This document shows, piece after piece, positions 22,301-31,236 of a DNA stretch of 64,000 nucleotides. The notes beneath the pieces were generated by a model that worked only from the letters and a program-made list of their open reading frames with translations, was not told where the DNA came from and ran no database searches. The DNA is from a virus: IMG/VR virus record IMGVR_UViG_3300025598_000030, positions 20,181 through 84,180 of that record. The stretch is one strand, 5' to 3'. Both the position numbers and the translations under genes were made by a program. Positions within the stretch are counted from its first letter, which is position 1. Every line of letters begins with the position of its first letter.

Positions 22301-22779
22301 TTTAAAATTGTAATGAATTGTTGATACCAATTAGAATTAGTAGGATCATCCCATCCAACAATGACATTCGATAAGTTTGTTCCATTAACATCATAAACAT
22401 TACCAGTAGTAGATATAGAGGTAATTTTTAATAATCCATTTGCAGGAACATTTCTTTTAGGATTGTAACTAATTAGCTGTGCTAATCTTAGAATACTATC
22501 TCTTCTTTCAGCTGTCTCTAAAAAGTTTTCTCGAGCATTTAAATCAATTCGAAAACTGAGATTTTGTCCTAAAAAAGCAATTAGATCAACAAGTGCTATA
22601 TATTCACTGCTATCAATATAATCGTTAAAATCTTCAGGAAAATTCTCTCTAAGATATGTAATCATTGTTCGACGTAATGTGTCGAAATCATAACTTTGAA
22701 ATTCTGCGTTTTGGAAACTCTGGTAAATCTTTTTCCAATCTTCTGCTACTAATAGTTGATTAGTTGTTGATGGTATCAT
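19336..22779 (-). CDS. Baseplate wedge subunit, T4 gp6-like (1147 aa)
   Basis: DFDTLRRTMITYLRENFPEDFNDY, ARENFLETA and APQTYYTQNRMITAEDY motifs of the gp6/baseplate-J family; adjacent to gp25. Confidence 0.88.
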   Translation of the reverse strand: MIPSTTNQLLVAEDWKKIYQSFQNAEFQSYDFDTLRRTMITYLRENFPEDFNDYIDSSEYIALVDLIAFLGQNLSFRIDLNARENFLETAERRDSILRLAQLISYNPKRNVPANGLLKITSISTTGNVYDVNGTNLSNVIVGWDDPTNSNWYQQFITILNSAMVSPTQFGKPVISSVINGISTEQYKINSNNADVPVFSFTKSIAGTTLSFELVSSTFANNNYIYEETPQLGNSLGIIFQNDNQGSGSANTGFFIHFREGTLSNASFSVSSPVPNELVGINVNNINDTDVWLWQKSLDGTTLQTLWQQVPALTGNNVIYNSLNSGQRNIYAVLTRDNDQIDLSFADGSFGNLPNGSFALYYRQSSGLTYSIKPEQLSNVSVQIPFTDSSGQSQLLTLILSLQYTVSNASGSESSDDIKLKAPQTYYTQNRMITAEDYNIAPLNVSPDIIKLKSINRVSSGISKYYELSDVSGAYSSTDIFATDGILYKEYNEGNFQFSFTTRNEIFSVLQTQLSTVIGSAGLNSFYLDQYPRVDLSYANLAWNQSNLLTNQTNGYFNSYTGPVSVGYLGTGNLSYISAGSLIKFVPPANNYFLPNGQLTNISDDTTKSYIWAQVVNIIGDGSNNGTGNLVTGVGPITMTGSIFGNGQVINNGSLQSPSLSIPSSAIPQTIIPKFINILSYDIQTEIANLSLSKRNFGLSFDATTRTWYIIVDTNLDLLNSFSLSHQKDISNSNLDASWMVAFQWTGKEYNVRYRTLDYVFESAAQTAFFVDTSTKNYDFTNDTVVKDRIDVLSINKGPTPDTISLGYDYSWQINSAVIESDGYVEPKKVLISFYDRNDNGQIDDPDTFNNIVSPDSNSLQTGYKDKFIYFLKSATGSTYSLYNGSIIAYPNQNAVVNPIDGQKYYFYDIDLIKIYSSSTNSYDTPSPYLYFARSGRKNIKFHYIHNAANERRLDPSKMNIIDVYLLSSSYDSEYRSWLMSGTGTAPITPTSQSLENNYSSYLEPIKSISDEIVYHPAIYKVLFGGPAPTSLQATFKAVQSPTSTLSATSLQSSILTAINNFFAIENWDFGQTFNFGELVTYVMNIMTPDITNFVIVPKSTNNSFGSLFQITCQSNEIFISGATVSDIQILSSLTASELNATLIVSSS

Positions 22780-22802
22780 ATAGCCTTTCTCATAAGATAC
22801 CG

Positions 22803-22809
22803 TATTTAT
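22803..22809 (-). promoter_or_regulatory. Putative late promoter ATAAATA upstream of the gp6-like gene
   Basis: Matches the T4 late promoter core TATAAATA; the motif recurs before structural genes throughout the window. Confidence 0.6.
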
Positions 22810-22830
22810 TTGAGTAATAATATACGTATA

Positions 22831-23271
22831 TTATTGCGATAATAATCCTAATTCTCTATCGAATGATAAAGACATGCTAGCTGTTTGGTCTGTTCCGATA
22901 TATTGAAGTGTAATTTCTAAAAGAATTCCGTATTCTTGTTCTACAGTATCTAATTGTATCGGAACAACTCTCGGATCATTATTGCAAATTCTGTTAATAT
23001 CATCTGCTATAGCCTGTTTAACACTATCGGTAAATGGCTCGTATATTAAACTCCAAATAATTGTGCCGAAAGTAGGATTCATTACTCTCTCACCTAAGCG
23101 AGTATTAAACTGATTTAATAAATCTTGTTTAATAAGGTCAAAATCGTATAATCTTACATTATTTGTAACATCAGTGTTTACCGAACTATAACCAAAATAA
23201 AATTGACTTTGTTTATAAGTTAATGTAGGTTTAAATTGAACTGGGTTTATTTCTATATTTTTATAAGGCAT
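22831..23271 (-). CDS. Baseplate wedge subunit, gp25/GPW family (146 aa)
   Basis: IKQDLLNQFNTRLGERVMNPTFGTIIWSLIYEP...DPRV motif. Confidence 0.9.
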   Translation of the reverse strand: MPYKNIEINPVQFKPTLTYKQSQFYFGYSSVNTDVTNNVRLYDFDLIKQDLLNQFNTRLGERVMNPTFGTIIWSLIYEPFTDSVKQAIADDINRICNNDPRVVPIQLDTVEQEYGILLEITLQYIGTDQTASMSLSFDRELGLLSQ

Positions 23272-23279
23272 GTTCGTAT

Positions 23280-25649
23280 TTATGGGCCGGTAGTATTACT
23301 TGTTGTTGGCGTTGTAGTGGGCCCGACAACATCGCCTGCACTATTAGTTAGAGGTACTGAAGAATCATACGTAGGAATCGGTGTACCTTGCAATTGTCCT
23401 AAGAAACATTCATAATATCCTTTCTTAGTTGCATAAATGTCAGGTGTACAATAACCTACAGCTCTTACTGCTGCATCAAAATATCCGGGATCTGTTTGAG
23501 ATAGTTTAACTCTGTCTGCAATATATATTGCACTAACATAAGCTGAAATTTTAGGATCATTTAATAAAGACGGATTATCTACTAATGCCGTTGCAGATGG
23601 TAATAACCCTCTATCATATAATAACTTGCTATATTTTGTATAACTAGTCCGACCAGTAATTTGAATATACCCTCTACCGATAAATTTGGTACCGTCTCCT
23701 GAGGTAGTATTTCCTAAAGATCTGTATTGATTGTCAGGCGACCCAAACGGCGGCGGTCCGTATAAAAATTCAGGTAATTTAGATGGGTCAGCGGCTTTTT
23801 CTTGAGCTAAAGCTAAGTCACCTTTGAATATAGATGGAAAGACCTGTAATAATCTATTAGCAGAATAATTAAATTTCTCAGTTTGTATCTGCCATTTTGA
23901 TTCTCCTCCTGTTATACCTAATAAAGAAGCAATAGATATAGGAGTATTCAATCCAACTGCGGTACAAGCTGCTTTAAGTTGTGTAATTCCTGTTAGATTA
24001 GACGGATTTGAAATATCTGCTGCATATTTAGGTTCGCATGTACCAGATAATACCTCGGGTAAGTTAGCAGATGAGGCCGAAGAAACAGCCGAAGTATCAG
24101 GAATTCCACTAGCTGCTCTACTTTGTACAGTGACATCGGTATTAGTTGAACTAAATTTCACAGGATCTATATTTTCATGTTGATCCCACGGTTCGTGTGT
24201 CGGAACGCGCTGCATAATACTACTAATAGGATTAGCTTTATAAAATGTTCCGTGTGCCCATCCGTTCTCTGCTTTTCTATTAGGTAAGCTATATGTAGGC
24301 AACTGAGGAGGTAAACTGGCTAATTCTGCACTTGCAGCGGCTGCTGCCGATGGTCCATTTAAATGTATCTTTGCGCCAGTTGCAATTATATTTCCGCTTG
24401 CTCCGAAATGATGTGTACCTGCAGTACTTAATTTTACATCACCCTCTGCCGAAATATCGATTCCTGCTCCTGTAGTTGCTAATAAACCTTGATCTACCAA
24501 TATGTTTAAATTATTCCCTACACTGACCTTTAAATCTTTTCCTATTGTTTCGTCTTTATTTTTAGCAATAGATATCTTTGCATAATCATCTACGATTAAA
24601 TTATAATACCCGGCAATATTCTGTTCCATATTTCCCAATGCACGAACATTAATATTTCTGCCGGCTTCGATGTTAATATCTCGATCAGCTCTGAAATTAA
24701 AATCTGCTTCAGAGTGTATACTAACACTATCAGCAGCATATACATCTATTTTACCATTTGACGTTAATTCAATCCAAGCAGTTCCTTGGCTATTAGCAAT
24801 ATAAATCAAATCACTGCTGTTATGCATTAAAATTTGATGACCGGTTCTAGTACGTATACGTACTAATTCGTCTACAATTTTTCCAGTTTTTGGATCGACC
24901 CTGCCATCATCCATGACAAATTGTGTGCCTCCTAATCGCTTAATAGGCACTAATGTTTTTTTATCATATCCTACTGCTGCTTTTCTTCCAGTTAAATCTA
25001 AAGGACCCGGAGTACTGATACCATAAACTGTGCTTGGCATTTCTCGTCTAGCAGAACTAGATGTAATACCTCTAATATTATCGATTAATAGTCCTTGTGC
25101 TAATAATCGATCAGCGAATGGATGAATTGGGCGATATTGAGAACTGGGCATCGGGTGATCCTTAACTGTTCTCATCATAAATTCACCCACTGGCAATCTT
25201 GATGTTTGATATTTTAATTGCTGTTCGGGACTTATAAAAACTTTATCGCTCGCTGCAATTCCGGGAACGCTATGATTTTGGTAAGTATCCGGACAACACC
25301 CTAAAATGTAACCTTGATTAGGATCGCCGTCGATAAAAATTACCAATACCCATGCACCTATATCAGGAGGAACCATCCACATGCCATAACTATGTTGTAC
25401 ATCTTCATATTTTTTAGGATCAGTTCCTTCAAATAATTGATTCATCGTTCCCCAAAATGGAGGAAGATAATATGCACGACCTGTTAACTGTTCTGCATTA
25501 GGATCGTCTGTTGTACCTCTTTGAATAGAAACTTCAAATGCTCCCATTCTAGTCGGGTCGAGATGATTTGTTACCCTGGCTTTATATGGTCCAGGACTCG
25601 GCATCTTTTTTGTAAATACCGATGTTATTCGTTTATCAACTGCACTCAT
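23280..25649 (-). CDS. Baseplate hub / central spike protein, gp5-like, with C-terminal GH19-type lysozyme domain
   Basis: OB-fold motifs DPTRMG and WMVPPDIGAWVLVIFIDGDPNQG; RTRTGHQIL; beta-helix repeats; then GES...E-x-FNYS...GNTTSGDGTKFIGRGYIQITGR, the GH19 signature. Confidence 0.85.
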   Translation of the reverse strand: MSAVDKRITSVFTKKMPSPGPYKARVTNHLDPTRMGAFEVSIQRGTTDDPNAEQLTGRAYYLPPFWGTMNQLFEGTDPKKYEDVQHSYGMWMVPPDIGAWVLVIFIDGDPNQGYILGCCPDTYQNHSVPGIAASDKVFISPEQQLKYQTSRLPVGEFMMRTVKDHPMPSSQYRPIHPFADRLLAQGLLIDNIRGITSSSARREMPSTVYGISTPGPLDLTGRKAAVGYDKKTLVPIKRLGGTQFVMDDGRVDPKTGKIVDELVRIRTRTGHQILMHNSSDLIYIANSQGTAWIELTSNGKIDVYAADSVSIHSEADFNFRADRDINIEAGRNINVRALGNMEQNIAGYYNLIVDDYAKISIAKNKDETIGKDLKVSVGNNLNILVDQGLLATTGAGIDISAEGDVKLSTAGTHHFGASGNIIATGAKIHLNGPSAAAAASAELASLPPQLPTYSLPNRKAENGWAHGTFYKANPISSIMQRVPTHEPWDQHENIDPVKFSSTNTDVTVQSRAASGIPDTSAVSSASSANLPEVLSGTCEPKYAADISNPSNLTGITQLKAACTAVGLNTPISIASLLGITGGESKWQIQTEKFNYSANRLLQVFPSIFKGDLALAQEKAADPSKLPEFLYGPPPFGSPDNQYRSLGNTTSGDGTKFIGRGYIQITGRTSYTKYSKLLYDRGLLPSATALVDNPSLLNDPKISAYVSAIYIADRVKLSQTDPGYFDAAVRAVGYCTPDIYATKKGYYECFLGQLQGTPIPTYDSSVPLTNSAGDVVGPTTTPTTSNTTGP

Positions 25650-28600
25650 TTTTTATTTGACCCATTTATTAAATTTATTAAAGGACTAGATGCTGCAGAT
25701 GCACTCTTCGATCCGTATTTGCTTACTACAGACGGAGATACATTTGATACATTAGGAAGTCCTGTTGGAACCACTGAATTTATAGTATTTACTACAGCCT
25801 CTACACTAGGGGAATTTCCTGTTAATTGTGAAAAACCTGATTGAAGTGTACTGACCTTACCTGAAACTGCTATAGGAGAAAGTGCCGATCCAGCAACTAC
25901 CGAAGCTTTATTATTCGAAATTAATTTATTGATATTCGGTATACTAGCAGCTCCTGGAATATCTGATAAAGTTCCACCATTTTTTAAGATATATCTTACA
26001 TCACTAATGTTTATATCAGCATCAGGCGCACTAATTGTCGGTTGGGTTGAGGGAATATTTTTAAGTCCTTGTACCGGTATATTATTAATCAATAACCCAT
26101 TACTTACTGCGGCATTAATATCAACATTCTTAGGAACATTTTGTGCCGCTTGAATAATTGTATTATAGATTTTAGATCTCAATCCGCCACTTAAACCTGC
26201 TAATCTATTAGGATTAATACCTAAAGTAGATTCTAGAGAATTTACATTACCGTTTATATTAGATAATTGTGCAGAATTACTAGAGACTAATCCTGCAGCA
26301 TTATTACCTAAATTATTCACTTGACTTAATGCACTACTAGAAAGATTGGAAGAATTTGCACCCGAAGCTATAGCATTTTGAGCAATTGTATTAGGTGAAA
26401 CATTATTAAATCCTATCGAATTGGCTACATTACTTAATTGATTTACCGACCCGCCTGCACTATTAATATTTGTTGAAAAATTCGTCAAACCTGAGTTAGT
26501 TAATCTAATAGCAGAAGCAACATTTAGTAATCCTAAAGCCGAAGATCCGGATAGACGATTAATTAAAGACCCATTAATTCCTGATGCGCCGGAAGATAAT
26601 GAATTAATAAATGATCCTATCGATAATCCTCCAGTTGGAGAACCTGAAATGCTTTGTAAATTACCCGGAAGAAGGTTAGATAAATCTCCAGGTAACCCAT
26701 TAAGTGATAGAGATGATGCAATTTCCGCAGCCAAGGTATCTTCAGTGGCTCTAACTGTGGACGGAGTATCAGGAGGTGGATTAATATTTTCTCTCACCGG
26801 ATCAGGGTATTCTATTACCGGTAATGGGAGTTTAGTTGGCGGAGGTACATCGGTATCTTCCACTTGTGCAGTTAATCTAATTAAATCTAATTTTTGTGTA
26901 AACTTTCCGTCTTTAAAATAATTAACTATTTGAGTTACTCTAAATACTCCGCTATACTTAGCAGTATATACCGACTTACCTGTTTTTGAATCAGCTACTG
27001 ATTGAAAAATAGCTTCACCGGTAGTCGGGTCAATATCTAAAGGATTTTTAAAATTTATAACAATATGAACATCGCCGTGGATAAATGGCGCTTCGTCTTG
27101 TCCTACAGTCCCATCTGGATTCTTAGTATGACGTTGATTTCCGATATTATCTGTTACTAGATAATATGGATCTCCTATGATGTTTAATTCTGCAGTGCAT
27201 TGATCGACATTTTCTAAAATTGCTTTATGCATAGACTTAGCTAGGTCTGCATATGGATCAGTAGTGGGCAATGCAGTATTAGGCACACCTGATACTACAA
27301 CCATTGTATTGTCTGTTGCTACTTTTATAGGAGGTTTTCCTAACCAACTTTTTTCTCGATCGGCAAGTTTAGAATCAGGTAATGCTGTTTTACTAGATCC
27401 CGACTGTTCTGTTAATCCTCCATTAGACGGAACTCCTACCTTATTGCCTAATGCTTTAGGTATTGCACTAAAAAATAAAGTATTAAATTGCAATCTAAAT
27501 CCTGTAATGTCTACATTTTTACCAGAATATATATAATTGTATTCTCGATGAATACTTTCTTTTAACTTTGAAGTATCTGCTGTAGCAGGAACTTTAGGAG
27601 GAAACCTAGAATAATGTATTTTATATGGTACAACAACATATCTATATTTAAAAAGAGGTAGGTTTGTTTTAGGATTGTCAATACCTAAATGTTCTGTTTC
27701 AACATTGACCATAAAATAATCAACCATACCGTTTTCATCAATTTTAAAAGTTTCTGCTATATTTTTTACATATTCGCTATCTCGTATCACCGAAGAAATA
27801 CAATCTACGACATCTTGTCCTTTTGCAAATTGTGCTATAGGATTAACAGGATCGTAAGGGATTGTATCTGTATTGTTATTATCTGTGACTTTTGATTGGT
27901 CTATAAATTCATAAGCAGTGTTAGATTTATAAAGTTCGACTAATTTCTTACCAGCAATCTCATTATCTTTTGTATAATCTAATCCGGTATCTGTTGGGGT
28001 AGGGAATACGATTTCAAATATATCATGACTAACATTACCTTGAGAATTACTAAGCGCTTGTGCTTCTTTTAGCTTTCCTGTATTAATACCATCCATAAAG
28101 CTGGTTAATATATCTTTAATAACACTACCTTTAATCTGTACAGTATCTTTAAGATTTTGAACCTCGCCTAATGCTTGTTCATTCCAAGGAACTGCACTGC
28201 AATTATAAACCGTTCCGCTTTCTTTTACTTCAATATCAATTGAAGTAAATTTCATAGGAAAGTATCTTGTAGATTTATCGATAATCTCAGGATCTGATAA
28301 ATCAGGTCCATCTGGGTATCCTATAAATTGCATTTTAAGCATATATGGACAATTAATATAACTATCATGCCCGGAAGCAATTGCAGAAACATGCAATGCT
28401 TCTATAAAACCACTCATACTATATGGTTCAGTGATTTGAAATTTAATATTAGTAGCAGGAGACATGCTAGTTTTTTTATCACCGCCGACAATATTTTCTA
28501 TTTCTACTTGATCGATATAAAAATCAAATTGCCCTGGGCTTTGTGTATTAAAATTTTGTAAGAGAGAGGAAAACGATTCATTTAATCTGTTAATTTCTGC

Positions 28601-28963
28601 AATTACATTTTGATTATGTTTAGCTTGAGTGGAATTAGGATTAGTATATAACTGCGAGGCAGGAGCAGTACGCTGAATTGGATTTTGTAAACCTGTTGTT
28701 CCTTTACCTCCTGATCTAGCAATAATCCAATAGTCTTGATTATCGTCAAGATTGAATGGATTAACCAATGCATTACCTTTAAGAGATGCTAAAGTGAAAT
28801 TGTAAGTATAAGATTTATAATTGTTTAAAATATTAGATCCTAAAGTTTTTCCTGCTATAGGTATCTTATTTTGTTCAGTACTGCTTTTAGACGGGGTTTT
28901 ATTTTCTGTTTTAGAATCCCCGGAAAATGATTGTTGTTTCGGTGCAATTACGAGAGCTGGCAT
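25646..28963 (-). CDS. Putative baseplate hub protein (gp27-like) with low-complexity C-terminal extension
   Basis: Lies between the gp53-like and gp5-like genes; motifs FQITEPYS, LNIIGDPYYL and YSGVFRVTQIVNYFKDGKFTQKLDL are typical of hub proteins. Confidence 0.6.
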   Translation of the reverse strand: MPALVIAPKQQSFSGDSKTENKTPSKSSTEQNKIPIAGKTLGSNILNNYKSYTYNFTLASLKGNALVNPFNLDDNQDYWIIARSGGKGTTGLQNPIQRTAPASQLYTNPNSTQAKHNQNVIAEINRLNESFSSLLQNFNTQSPGQFDFYIDQVEIENIVGGDKKTSMSPATNIKFQITEPYSMSGFIEALHVSAIASGHDSYINCPYMLKMQFIGYPDGPDLSDPEIIDKSTRYFPMKFTSIDIEVKESGTVYNCSAVPWNEQALGEVQNLKDTVQIKGSVIKDILTSFMDGINTGKLKEAQALSNSQGNVSHDIFEIVFPTPTDTGLDYTKDNEIAGKKLVELYKSNTAYEFIDQSKVTDNNNTDTIPYDPVNPIAQFAKGQDVVDCISSVIRDSEYVKNIAETFKIDENGMVDYFMVNVETEHLGIDNPKTNLPLFKYRYVVVPYKIHYSRFPPKVPATADTSKLKESIHREYNYIYSGKNVDITGFRLQFNTLFFSAIPKALGNKVGVPSNGGLTEQSGSSKTALPDSKLADREKSWLGKPPIKVATDNTMVVVSGVPNTALPTTDPYADLAKSMHKAILENVDQCTAELNIIGDPYYLVTDNIGNQRHTKNPDGTVGQDEAPFIHGDVHIVINFKNPLDIDPTTGEAIFQSVADSKTGKSVYTAKYSGVFRVTQIVNYFKDGKFTQKLDLIRLTAQVEDTDVPPPTKLPLPVIEYPDPVRENINPPPDTPSTVRATEDTLAAEIASSLSLNGLPGDLSNLLPGNLQSISGSPTGGLSIGSFINSLSSGASGINGSLINRLSGSSALGLLNVASAIRLTNSGLTNFSTNINSAGGSVNQLSNVANSIGFNNVSPNTIAQNAIASGANSSNLSSSALSQVNNLGNNAAGLVSSNSAQLSNINGNVNSLESTLGINPNRLAGLSGGLRSKIYNTIIQAAQNVPKNVDINAAVSNGLLINNIPVQGLKNIPSTQPTISAPDADINISDVRYILKNGGTLSDIPGAASIPNINKLISNNKASVVAGSALSPIAVSGKVSTLQSGFSQLTGNSPSVEAVVNTINSVVPTGLPNVSNVSPSVVSKYGSKSASAASSPLINLINGSNKK

Positions 28964-28964
28964 T

Positions 28965-29267
28965 TTATATACCTAATAATGTTTTTAAAGTTTGCAGCTG
29001 GGGAAGGTATATTGCCTGGCCGGCATATAAATCATAGATAGGATCTTTAATTATATCCTTGTTTCTTACAGCGAATACCCACCACAATGAAGGATCTCCG
29101 TATAGATCATATGCTAGCAAATCCGGTCGATTAGCATATTGACTAGTAACAACAAACTGTACATCGTTAGTTACATTAGGAATATTACGAAAATTGATAA
29201 TATCCAAGTATCCATTAGAGACTACTGTGGTATAATAAGGGCTATTTTTAGAATAAGTTGCGGACAT
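28965..29267 (-). CDS. Baseplate wedge protein, gp53-like (LysM-like)
   Basis: RPDLLAYDLYGDPSLWWVFAVRN...GQAIYLP motif. Confidence 0.85.
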   Translation of the reverse strand: MSATYSKNSPYYTTVVSNGYLDIINFRNIPNVTNDVQFVVTSQYANRPDLLAYDLYGDPSLWWVFAVRNKDIIKDPIYDLYAGQAIYLPQLQTLKTLLGI

Positions 29268-30175
29268 TATAAGTATCCTTGAGCACGTTGATTACCGGTC
29301 AACCATCCAGAAACTGTACCATTTAACATTTCTCGTCTGCTATAAACCGGAGATAATGTCAAATTAATTGTTGTAAATACCGGCACAGAAGAAGATCCAT
29401 ATAAAAAATTATTCTGATCGGCGCCGGCTGTAAAGTAATCTATACCTTCCGGCAGATCAAAATTAAATCCTTTAATAACAACAGGAACCATATCTAACAT
29501 ATAAGGACCATAGGCCATTAATCTACAGACCGGCGGCGGCGCTCCTGCATTAGGATCATCACCAAATTTCATCTTAGTAAGAGCTCTTAATAAATGTATT
29601 ACTCCTAATAAAATTTGAGATTCGATATCATTTTGAGCTGAAAATTTACCGGTAATTTTAATATCACTTACTGCACTACTTTTATAAAAATTTTGAGTAT
29701 AGTTAGAATGAACAGCATTAAATGGTTCATAATTAGCGCTATGATCTAATGTAATCGACGGAGTATAAGGAAAAATTATTCCTCCATTTCGTTTAAGTTC
29801 ACCATTAGGACCTGCTGCTTGATTAATTAAATAGGAGTCCGGAACTATTAATCTAACTCTTTGATCTATATGACCAAATTTTGCTACGGCTCTAGGCGGA
29901 GTAGTCGGAGTCGCACTAGGTTTAAGAGATGCTGTTAATGATTCTGCTAATCCTGCGACATTTGCTGATAATTGTTGCGAAAGATTGACTATATTAGTAG
30001 GATTCGATATTTTTTTTAAACTTTCAGCATCCGACACACTGGGATTTGTAATAGCTTCGGATGCGATAGATCCTGACGATGCTTGCGATGTTTGTATCGT
30101 TCCATCTGCATTAGTAGTTGTTACTAATCCAGACGAATCTGTTTGAGAAGATGTTGGAAATCCTGTAATGGCCAT
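29267..30175 (-). CDS. Putative tail tube initiator / baseplate-tube junction protein (gp48/gp54-like)
   Basis: IIFPYTPSI and PPPVCRLMAYG...VPVVIKGF motifs; immediately upstream of the gp53-like gene. Confidence 0.6.
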   Translation of the reverse strand: MAITGFPTSSQTDSSGLVTTTNADGTIQTSQASSGSIASEAITNPSVSDAESLKKISNPTNIVNLSQQLSANVAGLAESLTASLKPSATPTTPPRAVAKFGHIDQRVRLIVPDSYLINQAAGPNGELKRNGGIIFPYTPSITLDHSANYEPFNAVHSNYTQNFYKSSAVSDIKITGKFSAQNDIESQILLGVIHLLRALTKMKFGDDPNAGAPPPVCRLMAYGPYMLDMVPVVIKGFNFDLPEGIDYFTAGADQNNFLYGSSSVPVFTTINLTLSPVYSRREMLNGTVSGWLTGNQRAQGYL

Positions 30176-30194
30176 AGTTAATCTCGTTATCTGC

Positions 30195-30211
30195 TATTTA
30201 CCCTATAAATA
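30195..30211. promoter_or_regulatory. Back-to-back late promoter motifs (GTAAATA on minus, TATAAATA on plus)
   Basis: tatttac at 30195-30201 and tataaata at 30204-30211 in the divergent intergenic gap. Confidence 0.55.
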
Positions 30212-30229
30212 ATATTGGTATTTAATTGG

Positions 30230-30258
30230 TTGACATTTTGTTGTTTTTTTGCTACAAT
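30230..30258 (+). promoter_or_regulatory. Sigma70-type promoter for the late sigma factor gene
   Basis: TTGACA (30230-35), 17-nt spacer, TG-n-TACAAT (30253-58). Confidence 0.8.
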
Positions 30259-30284
30259 AACCCTAAGGAAGGAAAAATATAATA

Positions 30285-31193
30285 ATGACCATAACAACAA
30301 GTCCTACAGGAAGAAAAGTAAAATATTTAAATAATAGAGATTTATTAGCAGAAATACATAAAAGCAAATGCAGTTTTTCAAGTTTTACAAAGCCCGAATA
30401 TAATCAACATGACGTTATTTTAACTGGTTTAGATAAAATCAATATAAGAACTATAGCAGAAGCTAAACGAAATAGAGCAAAAAGAATCGGCATAGAAACA
30501 TTTAATCAAGCTAGATTAAACGGTGATAAAAAGATAAAATTGATTGAGTGTACTCCCGATTATAAAACTATAGATAAAAAAGATGTTATTATACGAATTA
30601 TGACATATGATCATATTCCGTTATCACCTAGTCGTAAAAAAACAGCAAAGACTACTGCGGATCGTCACGAAAAAGTAAATTTTCCACCTTTCCAGCATTG
30701 GAAATTTGATGAGAATGAAGAATTAATTTGTGTTGGTAAAAGCCATTGGAAAGGCTCTATAGATTCCGGAAAGTTTAGTAAAGATCATGGCAGAGTTACA
30801 GAAAATCTAGGCAGAATGTATATCAAATTAAGCGAGCGTTATGCACAACGTAGTAATTGGAGAGGCTATACTTATGTTGATGAGATGCGTGGGCAAGCTA
30901 TCTTACAGTTAAGCCAAATTGGATTACAATTTGATGAATCAAAAAGCGAAAATCCATTCGCTTATTATACTGCTGCAGTAACTAATTCATTTACTCGCGT
31001 ACTTAATTTAGAAAAGAAAAGTCAAAATATTCGAGATGATTTACTCGAAGTCAACGGATTAACGCCTAGTCTCACTAGACAAACCAAAGAAGAATTCGCT
31101 GATGAGGTTGCAAAACAGGCCGAAATTTACAAAAACATCCGTATGCCAAAAAGTCAAGAAAGTGATTTTGCATCAGATGAGGATGAAGATTGA
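30285..31193 (+). CDS. Late transcription sigma factor, T4 gp55-like (302 aa)
   Basis: YLNNRDLL, NWRGYTYVDEM and FDESKSENPFAYYT motifs; upstream of gp47/gp46 as in T4-like phages. Confidence 0.88.
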   Translation: MTITTSPTGRKVKYLNNRDLLAEIHKSKCSFSSFTKPEYNQHDVILTGLDKINIRTIAEAKRNRAKRIGIETFNQARLNGDKKIKLIECTPDYKTIDKKDVIIRIMTYDHIPLSPSRKKTAKTTADRHEKVNFPPFQHWKFDENEELICVGKSHWKGSIDSGKFSKDHGRVTENLGRMYIKLSERYAQRSNWRGYTYVDEMRGQAILQLSQIGLQFDESKSENPFAYYTAAVTNSFTRVLNLEKKSQNIRDDLLEVNGLTPSLTRQTKEEFADEVAKQAEIYKNIRMPKSQESDFASDEDED

Positions 31194-31218
31194 TTATTAT
31201 TTGCAATCCTGTTAAAAT
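31190..31218 (+). promoter_or_regulatory. Sigma70-type promoter for gp47/gp46
   Basis: TTGATT (31190-95), 17-nt spacer, TG-n-TAAAAT (31213-18). Confidence 0.55.
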
Positions 31219-31236
31219 AAAACATGGAGTATAATA

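Noticed and set aside
1987-28561. Many short plus-strand ORFs inside the baseplate and fibre genes
   Set aside because: Antisense shadows of long genes with recognisable motifs; no independent evidence.
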